A stretch of 64,000 nucleotides of DNA. Origin: an uncultured Candidatus Saccharibacteria bacterium (GTDB lineage Bacteria > Patescibacteriota > CALEFQ01 > G965231055). The position numbers and the translations under genes were made by a program. This document shows, one piece after another, positions 46,111-55,947 of this stretch. Below the pieces are notes generated by a model, which worked only from the letters and a program-made list of their open reading frames with translations, was not told where the DNA came from and did no database searches. The first letter of the stretch is position 1. The number at the start of each line of letters is the position of its first letter. The DNA lies in contig OZ246411.1 of assembly GCA_965231055.1 (NCBI GenBank), positions 537,875 through 601,874 on the forward strand, written 5' to 3'.

Positions 46111-47523
46111 CTACCTAATTACTGCTGACTTAAATGTATTTCCATCAAGTAGGTAGAGCGTACTACTTTCTTCGTCTTGATTTAGAATTATAGGATTTGA
46201 CTTAGAGGTTGTTACTAGGTTGTTTGTGATTCTGCCTCCATTTTCATCTAGTTCTACGGATTTGACCTGATTGTTTACGCTAAAGATTATGTGCTTGTAG
46301 TCGCTATGAAGCCACGTGATATTGGCTATTTTTTCACCGAATCTGGTGATTTGTTCGTTGTTTTGTATTAGCGGATCAAATATGGAAATTTCGTTATTAC
46401 TTGCGAAAAGTAAGATTTCCCCGGTAGTTGTTTCTTTGTCGACATCTTTACTCCAATCGAAAGTATTTATATCTTGAGCAACTTTATGAACTAGACTATC
46501 CTCTCCCGAATAGTACAATATATGGTTTTTTGAAAGTATGGCTACTTTGTCCCTTTCTGATATTTTTAGTTCAAATGAGTCGTCTTTGGGCAGATTGGTG
46601 GCCAAGATTTGCTCGCTTTTTCCGTTTTGGGAAATCTTTGACAGCGTATATTCTGCCTGATTTATATACTCTGATTTTTCAGGAAGTTTAACTATGTATA
46701 TCGAGTTATCTGAAACTTGATAATCAACTATGTTTTCAGCTACTTTTATTTTTTGCTGATTCTTTGCGTTGTATTTGTAAAGTATTTTTGCTGACGTGAA
46801 AAAGAATTCGTCGTTGTTTTTTGGGTTAGCTTTAATATTCTGGGCTTCTGAAATGTTTTTAAGCTTCTTTGTGGATTGAGATTTGAATTCAAAAACTAAA
46901 TCATCTTTTTCAGCTAATTCAAATGAAACAAAAACTGCATCAGTATCATTACTGAAAGCTAGCTGTTTTAGTTTGTAGTTTTTTAGATCGTCTATATATG
47001 AATCTGTGTTCAGTGTAAACTTGGAAATTCCCGATTTGGTATCCAAAACTTCTATTACTGGTAAGTTGTCGTTGTATTTTAGTAAAGCTATTTGGTTTTT
47101 ATCTTCAGATACGATTTTTTCAGAATAAGTATCGCTGATCTCCGACAGTCTATTTATCTCAGCTTCATTTCTGAAAAGCATTACGTATCTCGCCATGGTT
47201 GCTATTTCTGGTTGGACTCTCAGTTCCTTTTGCCAATCTTGATAGCCTTCTTTTGAAACTTTGACATTGTAAGTTCCAGGCAAGAGGTCTCTCATCCTGT
47301 CTGTGCCCAAAAATGCGTCCAGGGTGGGTATTTGCTGGCCATCCACAAGTGTTTGAGCGTCTCTGGGCGAATGAGTGACTACGATGATTCCTACGCGTTG
47401 TATTCTATGCTCTTTGAGATTGTATCTATATCCCATCGAATAGAATACTAGAGAAGGGGCTAGAATTAAAAAAACCAATATGAGCGTTATAACTATGAGT
47501 CTTCTTTGCCAAAGTGAGGGCAT
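46111..47523 (-). CDS. PEGA-domain secreted/membrane-anchored protein with a beta-rich C-terminal region
   Basis: N-terminal TM helix. PEGA-like block TLVDGQQIPTLDAFLGTDRMRDLLPGTYNVKVSKEGYQDW. Only clear minus-strand gene in the window. Confidence 0.5.
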   Translation of the reverse strand: MPSLWQRRLIVITLILVFLILAPSLVFYSMGYRYNLKEHRIQRVGIIVVTHSPRDAQTLVDGQQIPTLDAFLGTDRMRDLLPGTYNVKVSKEGYQDWQKELRVQPEIATMARYVMLFRNEAEINRLSEISDTYSEKIVSEDKNQIALLKYNDNLPVIEVLDTKSGISKFTLNTDSYIDDLKNYKLKQLAFSNDTDAVFVSFELAEKDDLVFEFKSQSTKKLKNISEAQNIKANPKNNDEFFFTSAKILYKYNAKNQQKIKVAENIVDYQVSDNSIYIVKLPEKSEYINQAEYTLSKISQNGKSEQILATNLPKDDSFELKISERDKVAILSKNHILYYSGEDSLVHKVAQDINTFDWSKDVDKETTTGEILLFASNNEISIFDPLIQNNEQITRFGEKIANITWLHSDYKHIIFSVNNQVKSVELDENGGRITNNLVTTSKSNPIILNQDEESSTLYLLDGNTFKSAVIR

Positions 47524-47617
47524 ATTTTTTGTTTAATAGTATCAAATTTATACCAGAAAACAGGGTATTTGTCCAACTAAAAATAGACTATATCCTCCTT
47601 TTAGATTATAATTATCA

Positions 47618-48154
47618 TTGATGGCAAATAGAATAATCACAATTAGGCATCCCAAGATTTCCGAGTGGAATGAAAAAGGGGTAAGCAATAAAAACATCCC
47701 ATATGGATCAAATTCAATGGGGCTTGTTATGGCTGAAAAAACTAGAAAGCTTCTTATGAAAGAAAAGCTTGACGCTATTCTTTGTGCTCCGCATTTAGGC
47801 GCTATTGACACTGCTAAAATTATTAAACGAGGGCAGAGTATTGATTTGTATGTGGTGCATTTTTTGGCAGACCAAAATCTCAATGAATATAAAAATGAAG
47901 AGTTGCACGAACTTGATAAGCGAGTTATGGCAGGATTTGAAGAAGCTATTTCTCAAAACAACAATAAAACAATAGCGATAATAGCAGGAGAATATCCGAT
48001 TCGAAGTATTCTTAGTTGGATTAGGGATATGAGCCACGAAGAAAAAATGGCTACCAGAATATTTGAATCCTCTGTGTCTGATTTTGATATTCACGGATTT
48101 GAAAAATCAACTATAAAAATAAGGCTATTTAATAGCATTAATCATCTAAACTAA
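47618..48154 (+). CDS. histidine phosphatase (phosphoglycerate mutase/SixA-like) family protein
   Basis: N-terminal IRHPKISEWN (RHG-type catalytic His) and a downstream CAPHLGAIDTAKII block. Confidence 0.5.
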   Translation: MMANRIITIRHPKISEWNEKGVSNKNIPYGSNSMGLVMAEKTRKLLMKEKLDAILCAPHLGAIDTAKIIKRGQSIDLYVVHFLADQNLNEYKNEELHELDKRVMAGFEEAISQNNNKTIAIIAGEYPIRSILSWIRDMSHEEKMATRIFESSVSDFDIHGFEKSTIKIRLFNSINHLN

Positions 48155-48158
48155 AAAC

Positions 48159-49421
48159 ATGTCAAAATTCATAATCAATGGAGGCAAGCAACTCAAGGGA
48201 GAAATTGAGGTTATGGGTTTTAAAAACAACGCAGCTGCTATTATTCCAGCGACTCTTTTGGTTAAAGGACCTTGCAAAATAACAAATGTACCTCAAACCA
48301 CAGACGTGCAGGGGCTTATAGATATTATAGAGGGCATGGGCGCAAAAGTTGAAAGAGGTGATAAAGAAGTTACGATAGACTCAACCAATATAGATGTGAC
48401 AAAGATGGATCGCGTCAAAGTTTCTAGAATGCGTATGTCTATACTTTTGATGGGTTCTTTGGTTACTAGGTTCAATTCTTTTTCTATAGCAGAGCCAGGC
48501 GGATGCAAAATAGGTGCAAGACCAGTAGGAACTCATTTGGATGTACTGAGGGCTCTAGGTGTTAGCGTTGAAAGAGAAGGAAAAGATTTCAAACTAGAAC
48601 GCCAGGGCGATTTAAAAGGAAACCTTATTGTGCTTGATGAATTTAGCGTTACTGCTACTGAAAATGCATTGCTTGCAGCATGTCTTGCCGATGGTAAGAC
48701 AGATATTTATACAGCCGCTGCTGAGCCACATGTATGTGATCTCGCGAATTATCTAGTTGAGATGGGTGCCAAGATTTCAGGAATAGGAACTCATCATCTC
48801 GTAATAGAAGGAGTAAAAGAATTAACTCCAAAGGATCACAAGCTTCTTTATGATTATACTGAAATGGGTACTTTTGTTTGTTTAGCTGCTGCCACCAAGA
48901 GTGATATCAAGATTAAGAACTTTGATGCTTCGCTACTTAGACTTGAAATGGAGTATTACAAAAGAGCGGGGATCAATATAGAATTGCATGAAGATTATGC
49001 ACACGTGAAACCTTCCGCAAGTCTAAAAGCAATAAAAAAAGTTCAAACTCAGCCATATCCAGGACTAGGCACGGATCTTTTGGCTCCATTCGCTACACTT
49101 CTTACTCAGGCCGAGGGAACTACTCTTGTATTTGATACTATGTTTGAAGGAAGAGTTGCAAACTATATTCCAGAATTTGCAAAAATGGGTGCCAATGTAA
49201 CTTTGTGCGATCCTCATAGAGCTGTGATTATGGGACCCACTCCACTTTATGGAGACAAGATTACTAGCTTTGATCTAAGAGCCGGAGCCGCACTTATTAT
49301 AGCCGCACTTCTTGCGCAAGGAAAAACTGAAATACAAGGAGCCGAGCAAGTAGAAAGAGGATATGAAAAAATTGATGAACGATTGCGCGCTCTTGGTGCT
49401 GATATTACAAAAGAAGAATAA
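48159..49421 (+). CDS. murA: UDP-N-acetylglucosamine 1-carboxyvinyltransferase
   Basis: MSKFIINGGKQLKGEIEV start, EPT fold, catalytic Cys region (EPGGCKIGARPV). Confidence 0.9.
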   Translation: MSKFIINGGKQLKGEIEVMGFKNNAAAIIPATLLVKGPCKITNVPQTTDVQGLIDIIEGMGAKVERGDKEVTIDSTNIDVTKMDRVKVSRMRMSILLMGSLVTRFNSFSIAEPGGCKIGARPVGTHLDVLRALGVSVEREGKDFKLERQGDLKGNLIVLDEFSVTATENALLAACLADGKTDIYTAAAEPHVCDLANYLVEMGAKISGIGTHHLVIEGVKELTPKDHKLLYDYTEMGTFVCLAAATKSDIKIKNFDASLLRLEMEYYKRAGINIELHEDYAHVKPSASLKAIKKVQTQPYPGLGTDLLAPFATLLTQAEGTTLVFDTMFEGRVANYIPEFAKMGANVTLCDPHRAVIMGPTPLYGDKITSFDLRAGAALIIAALLAQGKTEIQGAEQVERGYEKIDERLRALGADITKEE

Positions 49422-49524
49422 ATCAAATTATAATTTCTTGATCAATACAAATTCCATTCATTCAATTTGGTTGCGCTTGTTGATTTGAAATGATAGAGTT
49501 TTTGTGTTGTAAATAATAATTACT

Positions 49525-50541
49525 ATGTTTGTAAAAAAGCTTGGAATAGATTTAGGAACTGCAAATACTCTCGTTTATGTACCCAAAAAGGGTATTGTTA
49601 TCAATGAGCCGACTGTTGTAGCTGTGTCACTTGATGATAACAAGGTTTTGGCAGTGGGAGACGAGGCCAAAGAAATGATAGGCAAAACTCCAGATACCAT
49701 AGTTGCCTGCCAACCACTCAAAGATGGTGTAATAGCTGATTATAGAGTGACCCAGGTGATGCTCAAATATTTCATAAACAAGGCAACTGGGGGGATTAGA
49801 TTGTTTAGACCCGAAGTTATGATTAGCGTTCCTGCTGGAATTACTTCCACTGAGCGAAGAGCTGTGGAAGATGCTGCCATGCAAGCAGGAGCCAAGGCCG
49901 CATACATTATCAAAGAACCAGTAGCGGCAGCAATTGGCGCAGGAATTCCTATTGCCACAGCTTCTGGAAATATGGTTATTGATATAGGTGGAGGAACCAG
50001 TGAAGTGGGGATTATTTCTCTTGGTGGAATTGTGGCTTGTGAATCTGTGAGAGTTGGTGGAATGAAACTTGATAAAGCCATAGCAGAATATGTGAAAAAA
50101 AAGCACGGACTTGCGATAGGAGATCGTACTGCCGAAGAACTCAAGATAAATATTGGCAATGCTCTTCTTCCTGAAAATGAAAAAGAAGCTGATACTATGG
50201 AAATAAGAGGAAGAGATATGATCACGGGACTTCCCAAAAATATTATCGTTAACTCAATAGATATCACAGAAGCAATCCAAGAAGAGCTTCATGAAATATT
50301 GCAAGCAGTAAGAGCTGTGCTCCAAAATACTCCTCCCGAGCTTGCTGCTGATATTATGGACAAAGGAATGATCCTAACTGGCGGAGGAGCTCTACTTCGC
50401 AATCTAGATAAACTCATTACCAAGATTACTGGAGTGCCTTGCTATGTGGCAGAGGACCCTATGCTTGCGGTTGCCAGAGGAACTGGAATAGCACTTGAAA
50501 ATCTCGATTCATACAAGCGTAGTATTTTGTCTACGAGATAA
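49525..50541 (+). CDS. mreB: rod shape-determining actin homolog MreB (paralog 1)
   Basis: LGIDLGTANTLVYV, VIDIGGGTSEVGIISLGG and LTGGGALLRNLDKL actin-fold motifs. Confidence 0.9.
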   Translation: MFVKKLGIDLGTANTLVYVPKKGIVINEPTVVAVSLDDNKVLAVGDEAKEMIGKTPDTIVACQPLKDGVIADYRVTQVMLKYFINKATGGIRLFRPEVMISVPAGITSTERRAVEDAAMQAGAKAAYIIKEPVAAAIGAGIPIATASGNMVIDIGGGTSEVGIISLGGIVACESVRVGGMKLDKAIAEYVKKKHGLAIGDRTAEELKINIGNALLPENEKEADTMEIRGRDMITGLPKNIIVNSIDITEAIQEELHEILQAVRAVLQNTPPELAADIMDKGMILTGGGALLRNLDKLITKITGVPCYVAEDPMLAVARGTGIALENLDSYKRSILSTR

Positions 50542-50570
50542 TTACTGGGTTTCGATTCGTGTTTCAAAAT

Positions 50571-50781
50571 TATCGTCATCCCCGACCTGATCGGGGATCC
50601 AGACGTCATCACGAAGTGCTTCGCAGAGTTACTTTTCATAACTAAAAAGTAACCAAAAGGTTTGTGGGGTGTTCAAAAGTCGCTAGTTGCAAAGATATAA
50701 CACTCCATGACTCTCAAGAGGACGCTCCAACAGTTGAACACCCCAAACCCCATTGATACATGAAATATACTATTCGTTAGT
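50571..50781 (+). repeat. interspersed structured repeat, copy 1 (+ orientation)
   Basis: Shares a roughly 165-210 bp core with 55710-55875 (+) and 59877-60090 (-). Contains the hairpins TCCCCGA-CCTGA-TCGGGGA and GTTACTTTT...AAAAGTAAC, plus a 16-bp bulged inverted repeat GGTTTGTGGGGTGTTCAA...TTGAACACCCCAAACC. Confidence 0.8.
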
Positions 50782-50814
50782 ATCTACAACCCAACACCTA
50801 TTCCCTAAAACAAA

Positions 50815-51924
50815 ATGCTAGAAGAAAAAAACAAAATCACAATTGGAATAGATGCATCTCCAGTAGCGAGAGATTTTATTAGTGGCACTGAAAGATACAC
50901 TAGAGAAATAATAAAAGCGATAAGTGGTATTGATCATCTGCGCGAATACATTTTGTATACCCCCAAAAAACTTCCAGAAGATTTCGTGAGCGAGCTTGGG
51001 GAGAATTTCAATGAAAAAGTAATACCTATGAAGAGAATGTGGACGCAGGGTCGTCTTGCTTTTGAAATGATGTTTGGTGGTCCAGATATGCTTTTTGTGC
51101 CAGCTCATGCTTTACCACTCGTTCACCCCAAAAAAACTATAACTGCGATACATGATGTGGGATTTAAAAAGTATCCAGAAAATTATACCAAGTTTAATTA
51201 TTGGTATTTAGATTTTTCTACGGACTATGCTTTGCGTCGTGCTACCAAAATTATCACTCCAAGCGAAGCTACGAAAAAAGAAATTTTAGAGTTTTATCCA
51301 TTTGCGGATCCTTCCAAAATCGTAGTTATCCCGCTAGGACTAACCAAAATTGCAGATCCAATTCCTCAAAATATAGTGCCCTCGCCATTCATTCTTTATG
51401 TAGGAAGATTTGAGGTTAGGAAAAATATTTTTAGAATACTTGAAGCGTTTGAGAATATTAAACCAAGATTTCCTTCTCTTAAACTAGTGTGCTCGGGCAA
51501 AGTTGGCGTAGGGGGAGAACATTTTATACAAAAAACAAAAAACTCAAAATACTCACAAGATATTATTATTTTTACAAATACCAAAGAGCAGGAACTAGCT
51601 ACTTTGTATAAAAATGCAGAAATGCTAGTTTTCCCTTCGCTGTATGAGGGTTTTGGACTTCCCATATTTGAGGCATTTTCATTTGGACTTCCTGTGCTCA
51701 CTAGCAATATCACGGCTACTGCGGAGGTTGCTGCGGATTCCGCGCTATTGGTAAATCCTCTGAACACGGATGAGATTGCAGGTGGGATAGCTGAATTACT
51801 ATCAAGCAAGAAACTGGCTGATGATTTGAGGCAAAAGGGACTGGAGAGAGTAAAAAATTATACATGGGATAAAAGTGCTACTAAGGTGATTGATGTTTTT
51901 AACGAAGTGCTCAGCGGTCAATAG
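50815..51924 (+). CDS. GT4-family (group 1) glycosyltransferase
   Basis: C-terminal EGFGLPIFEAFSFGLPVLTSN...AEVAADSALLVNP E-x7-E-like donor-binding motif. Confidence 0.75.
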   Translation: MLEEKNKITIGIDASPVARDFISGTERYTREIIKAISGIDHLREYILYTPKKLPEDFVSELGENFNEKVIPMKRMWTQGRLAFEMMFGGPDMLFVPAHALPLVHPKKTITAIHDVGFKKYPENYTKFNYWYLDFSTDYALRRATKIITPSEATKKEILEFYPFADPSKIVVIPLGLTKIADPIPQNIVPSPFILYVGRFEVRKNIFRILEAFENIKPRFPSLKLVCSGKVGVGGEHFIQKTKNSKYSQDIIIFTNTKEQELATLYKNAEMLVFPSLYEGFGLPIFEAFSFGLPVLTSNITATAEVAADSALLVNPLNTDEIAGGIAELLSSKKLADDLRQKGLERVKNYTWDKSATKVIDVFNEVLSGQ

Positions 51925-51984
51925 TCAGTATTCAGCACTTAATTGATTTTCACATATTAGGAGCTTGTGAAAACTGAATACTGA
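51924..51984. repeat. 11-bp inverted repeat TCAGTATTCAG...CTGAATACTGA with a 37-nt loop
   Basis: Perfect inverted repeat between the GT4 gene and holB. No T-tract follows. Confidence 0.4.
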
Positions 51985-52036
51985 TAACTAAATATTCCTT
52001 TGTGTTTGGCACTATTATGTGTTATAATTTTTTATT

Positions 52037-52963
52037 ATGTCTGAACTTGAAGACCACAATAAAAGCGATAAAAAAAGCCAGGAATGGTCTGTTTTTGGGC
52101 ATGATCAAAACAAAGAAAGATTTGATAAAATTATTGAGAGAAATAGTTTTTCACACGCATATATTTTTGAAGGACCCAGTAATATAGGCAAAACTACCTT
52201 CTCAATAGATCTTGCAAACAAAATCATAGGTGACGTACAGATGATGAGTAGATCAATGATGCATATATCTGACGCTACGATAGGGATAGATCAAATACGC
52301 ACAATTGAAAAGAAAATAGCTATCAGGGGTATTCGGGGAGAAAATAGAGTTATCCTGATAAGCAACGCAGACAATATGACTATAGAAGCGCAGAATGCTT
52401 TTCTTAAAACACTAGAAGAACCACAAGATAAAGTGGTGATAATCATGACAGTTTCAAATTCGAGAAAACTTTTGCCAACAATAGTTTCAAGATGTCAAAA
52501 AGTTTGGTTTTCACCTTTCAAGATTAAAAAAGTCAAAAACTACCTCAAAAAATCGGTAGATACCAAGCTTAGCGAGGAATTGAGTGTTTTATCTGGAGGA
52601 GCAATAGGAAAAGCCATAGAACTCGCAGAGGATAAAGAAAAACTCAATGAGCTAAAATCGGTATTACGCATAATGTCGGATACTAAGATAAATAAAATGA
52701 ATTGGGAGGGTGCTAGAGAGATGAACAAGAAAGAAGCGATTGATTTTGTTTCAAAAATTATTCTGATTTTGAGAATTATTTTTCTTACTGATAGGGGTGT
52801 TATAGATAAAAAAGAAGTGGAAGGAGTTTTGCCTAAATCTCTTTTTGAGAAAAATTTAAACAAAACTATTTTCAAAATCAAAATGGCTTCGTTTATCAAA
52901 AAAGCGCTGGAACGAAATGCAAATATTAGACTGAGTTTGGAAAATTTATTTCTATCAATATAA
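52037..52963 (+). CDS. holB: DNA polymerase III delta' subunit
   Basis: FSHAYIFEGPSNIGKTTFSIDLA, LKTLEEPQDKVVIIMTVSN and IVSRCQKVWF clamp-loader AAA+ motifs. Length 308 aa. Confidence 0.7.
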   Translation: MSELEDHNKSDKKSQEWSVFGHDQNKERFDKIIERNSFSHAYIFEGPSNIGKTTFSIDLANKIIGDVQMMSRSMMHISDATIGIDQIRTIEKKIAIRGIRGENRVILISNADNMTIEAQNAFLKTLEEPQDKVVIIMTVSNSRKLLPTIVSRCQKVWFSPFKIKKVKNYLKKSVDTKLSEELSVLSGGAIGKAIELAEDKEKLNELKSVLRIMSDTKINKMNWEGAREMNKKEAIDFVSKIILILRIIFLTDRGVIDKKEVEGVLPKSLFEKNLNKTIFKIKMASFIKKALERNANIRLSLENLFLSI

Positions 52964-52967
52964 AAAA

Positions 52968-53996
52968 ATGAAAAAAATCACATTGGTATTAGCTCTTGTC
53001 TTAATAGTACCGTTTATAGCGGGATTTTCTATTATTCCAGGGTGTGATGGATTTGCAAAAGATGGTGGAATCTATAAAAGCTCTGATATGGGAGAGGGTT
53101 TTGAAGAAATAAATAGATTTGGAGAAAAAAAGAGTCTCTCAACTTACAATGTGAGTGTTCTTAAGATGGATCAGAGTAGTCCAAATATAATTTATGCAGG
53201 AACCACTAGAAAAGGACTTTTTAAAACAGAAGACAGCGGAGAGGTTTGGAGAAATATGCTTTCTGGTGTCTCAGTGAGTGCTGTAGCAATAGATCCAAAA
53301 GATAGCAACAGAATATATGTTTCAGGAGTTGCCGGTTCAAATTCTAGAATTTTTATAAATTCCGAGGGAGGCGAGGGGCCATGGGAAGAGATTTTTCTTC
53401 AAACAGATTCAAAAGAAGAAATCGTCGCTATTCAGATCGATGTCAATAATGAAAATATAGTATATGCCATCTCAGCCGAAGGACATCTGTACAAAAGTTT
53501 GGATAAAGGATCTACTTGGTCATACTTAAGTTCTGTGGAGGCTGCTGTTTCAAAAATGATTTTGAACAAGCACAAAACCAACGAGCTTTTTGCAGCTACA
53601 AAAGGAGGACTCTATGTTTCATCTGATTACGGAGCTAATTGGAAAAAAACTGAATTGGCTAGCAACTCAATAATCAACTCTGTGGTGGTAGACCCAAACT
53701 CTCCCCAAGTAATCTATGCAGTTGCCAAGGATGCCATTTATAAATCTACAAATTCTGGTGTGAGCTTTGATCGTATAAATACATTGATCAAACCCGGTTC
53801 TGTAGAATTTTGGGATTTGGCGGTGGATCCTAGTAACTCATCAAAGATTTACTTTAGCGCAGGGTCATCAGTGCATAGAACTTCAGATGGCGGAGTTTCG
53901 TGGGCAGCAAAACTTATTCCATCTACAAGATCTGTAAAAAATATAGTAGTAGATAATATTGACGGAAGTAATATTTACGTAGGATTATCAAAATAA
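52968..53996 (+). CDS. secreted BNR/Asp-box repeat beta-propeller protein (Ycf48-like)
   Basis: Signal peptide. Six S-x-D-x-G-x-x-W repeats (SSDMGEGF, TEDSGEVW, SLDKGSTW, SSDYGANW, STNSGVSF, TSDGGVSW). Confidence 0.55.
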   Translation: MKKITLVLALVLIVPFIAGFSIIPGCDGFAKDGGIYKSSDMGEGFEEINRFGEKKSLSTYNVSVLKMDQSSPNIIYAGTTRKGLFKTEDSGEVWRNMLSGVSVSAVAIDPKDSNRIYVSGVAGSNSRIFINSEGGEGPWEEIFLQTDSKEEIVAIQIDVNNENIVYAISAEGHLYKSLDKGSTWSYLSSVEAAVSKMILNKHKTNELFAATKGGLYVSSDYGANWKKTELASNSIINSVVVDPNSPQVIYAVAKDAIYKSTNSGVSFDRINTLIKPGSVEFWDLAVDPSNSSKIYFSAGSSVHRTSDGGVSWAAKLIPSTRSVKNIVVDNIDGSNIYVGLSK

Positions 53997-54013
53997 TAAA
54001 TTAAACAATATAT

Positions 54014-54565
54014 ATGTTGGATCAAAAAAAACTAAAAGACGAATTTAAAAAAGCGATAGATTTTTTACAAAAAGATTTGGGAACTATAAAAACAGGCAGA
54101 GCTCACCCTGGACTAGTTGAAGATATCGCTGTGGAAGCTTATGGTTCAAAAATGAGAATAAAAGAATTGGCAACGGTATCAGCTCCTGAGCCAAGAACCA
54201 TAAGGATAGAGCCCTGGGATAAAAGCCAGATTTCCGCGATGGAAAAGGGTCTTATGAGCTCAGACATGGGATTCAATCCTTCAAATGATGGTTCATCAAT
54301 TATTATAAATCTACCCGAGCTAACGGCCGAAAGAAGAGAAGAGGTGGCAAAGCTTGTCGATAAAAAAGCTGAAGAAGCTAAGATTTCAATACGAAAAATC
54401 AGAGAAGAATTTATGAAAAAAATGGATGACGCGAATGATGCAGGTGAACTTTCAGATGATGAGTTCGAAAAAGATAAAAAGGATTTGCAAAAAGCGGTAG
54501 ATGAAAACAATAAAGAAATAGAAGCGTTGAGTGAAAAGAAACAACAAGAAGTAAAACAAATCTAA
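54014..54565 (+). CDS. frr: ribosome recycling factor
   Basis: LGTIKTGRAHPGLVEDIAVEAYGSKMRIKELATVSAPEPRTIRIEPWDK signature. Confidence 0.9.
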   Translation: MLDQKKLKDEFKKAIDFLQKDLGTIKTGRAHPGLVEDIAVEAYGSKMRIKELATVSAPEPRTIRIEPWDKSQISAMEKGLMSSDMGFNPSNDGSSIIINLPELTAERREEVAKLVDKKAEEAKISIRKIREEFMKKMDDANDAGELSDDEFEKDKKDLQKAVDENNKEIEALSEKKQQEVKQI

Positions 54566-54566
54566 T

Positions 54567-55697
54567 ATGATTTTAGTCACTATTATTATTTTTATCGCTG
54601 TCCTTGCTGTGCTTGTGCTGGTTCACGAGCTCGGACATTTTGTGGCAGCAAAAATATTGGGAGTAAAGGTTGAAGAATTTGGTTTTGGGTTCCCTCCTCG
54701 TATCTGGGCGTATAAAAAGGGGGAAACAGAATACTCTATAAACTGGATACCTCTCGGAGGATTTGTGAAGATGCTTGGACAAAGTGATTTTGAGGTGGTG
54801 GATCATGAAACTACTTCCAAAAACAAAAGAAGTTTTACAGCTCAAAAAGCATGGAAAAGAGTGATAATTTTGGTTGCCGGAGTAAGTATGAATTTTATTT
54901 TAGCTGGGGTGATTATGTCTATTGGTTTTGGTGTGGGACTTCCCGCGTCTATCGGAAGTATTATTCCAGACAATGCCAGAGTTAAAGATCCCAAGATTCA
55001 AATTATAGAAGTGGCTTCTGATTCTCCAGCAAGTATGGCGGACATGCGTATCGCAGATGAAATGGTAACAATAAACGGAAAAAGTTTTACTACTGTCGCT
55101 GAACAATCAAATTACATAAAAGAAAATGCAGGAAAAGAGATTGATGTAAAAATCAAGAGAGGGGATGAAGTGATAGATAAAAAAGTTACACCGAGATCGG
55201 TTGCTCCCGAAGGAGAGGGGCTCATGGGAGTGATGCTTTCTCACACCGCGCTAGTATCTTTTCCTTGGTATGAGGCTATATGGAGAGGATTTCAAGGAGC
55301 CGGAATTATGATTTGGGATATTCTAAAAGGTTGGGGCACTATTATCTCTAGACTTTTTGCGGGTGAATCTACCGGAGCTACTATTGCAGGACCTGTGGGG
55401 ATTGCAGTACTTACCGGACAAATGGCGGATTTGGGATTTATTTATCTCATGCAGTTTACGGCACTTTTATCATTGAACTTAGCTATAATCAATATATTGC
55501 CATTTCCAGCGCTTGATGGTGGACATCTGCTGTTTCTTTTGATAGAACGGATGAGGAAGAAAGCTACTGCAAGATACCTAAAAATTCAGAATATTATTCA
55601 GCTTGTAGGGTTTGGAATTATTTTTGCGCTTCTCGCCTTTGTTACATACAAGGATATAGCAAAGATTTGGGACAAAATCATCGGGATTTTTAAATAG
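54567..55697 (+). CDS. rseP: RIP zinc metalloprotease RseP (site-2 protease)
   Basis: HELGHFVAAK HExxH motif in TM1. PDZ region. C-terminal LDGG motif (FPALDGGHL). Confidence 0.8.
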   Translation: MILVTIIIFIAVLAVLVLVHELGHFVAAKILGVKVEEFGFGFPPRIWAYKKGETEYSINWIPLGGFVKMLGQSDFEVVDHETTSKNKRSFTAQKAWKRVIILVAGVSMNFILAGVIMSIGFGVGLPASIGSIIPDNARVKDPKIQIIEVASDSPASMADMRIADEMVTINGKSFTTVAEQSNYIKENAGKEIDVKIKRGDEVIDKKVTPRSVAPEGEGLMGVMLSHTALVSFPWYEAIWRGFQGAGIMIWDILKGWGTIISRLFAGESTGATIAGPVGIAVLTGQMADLGFIYLMQFTALLSLNLAIINILPFPALDGGHLLFLLIERMRKKATARYLKIQNIIQLVGFGIIFALLAFVTYKDIAKIWDKIIGIFK

Positions 55698-55709
55698 AGC
55701 GTCGCCGTT

Positions 55710-55875
55710 GTGCTTCGCAGAGTTACTTTTCATAACTGAAAAGTAACCAAAAGGTTTGTGGGGTGTTCAAAAGTCGCTAGTTGCAAAGATACAACACCCC
55801 GTGATTCTCAGAAGGACGCTCCGACAGTTGAACACCCCAAACCCCATTGATACATGAAATATACTATTCGTTAGT
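55710..55875 (+). repeat. interspersed structured repeat, copy 2 (+ orientation, lacks the 5' TCCCCGA hairpin)
   Basis: Near-identical to copy 1 across GTGCTTCGCAGAGTTACTTTTCATAACT...CATTGATACATGAAATATACTATTCGTTAGT. Confidence 0.8.
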
Positions 55876-55947
55876 TACTAGAGTCTAAAACCTAACCCCT
55901 AATCCTTCTAACTTAACACCTGAAACCTATAACCTAAAACCTAACAT

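Noticed and set aside
55876-55947. Telomere-like CCCTAA / AACCTAA heptamer run upstream of proS
   Set aside because: The repeats are degenerate with only three to four imperfect units. Similar CTAA/TTAG-rich arrays occur at many intergenic sites in both orientations. They are treated as a regulatory or compositional motif family, not a telomeric or satellite repeat.
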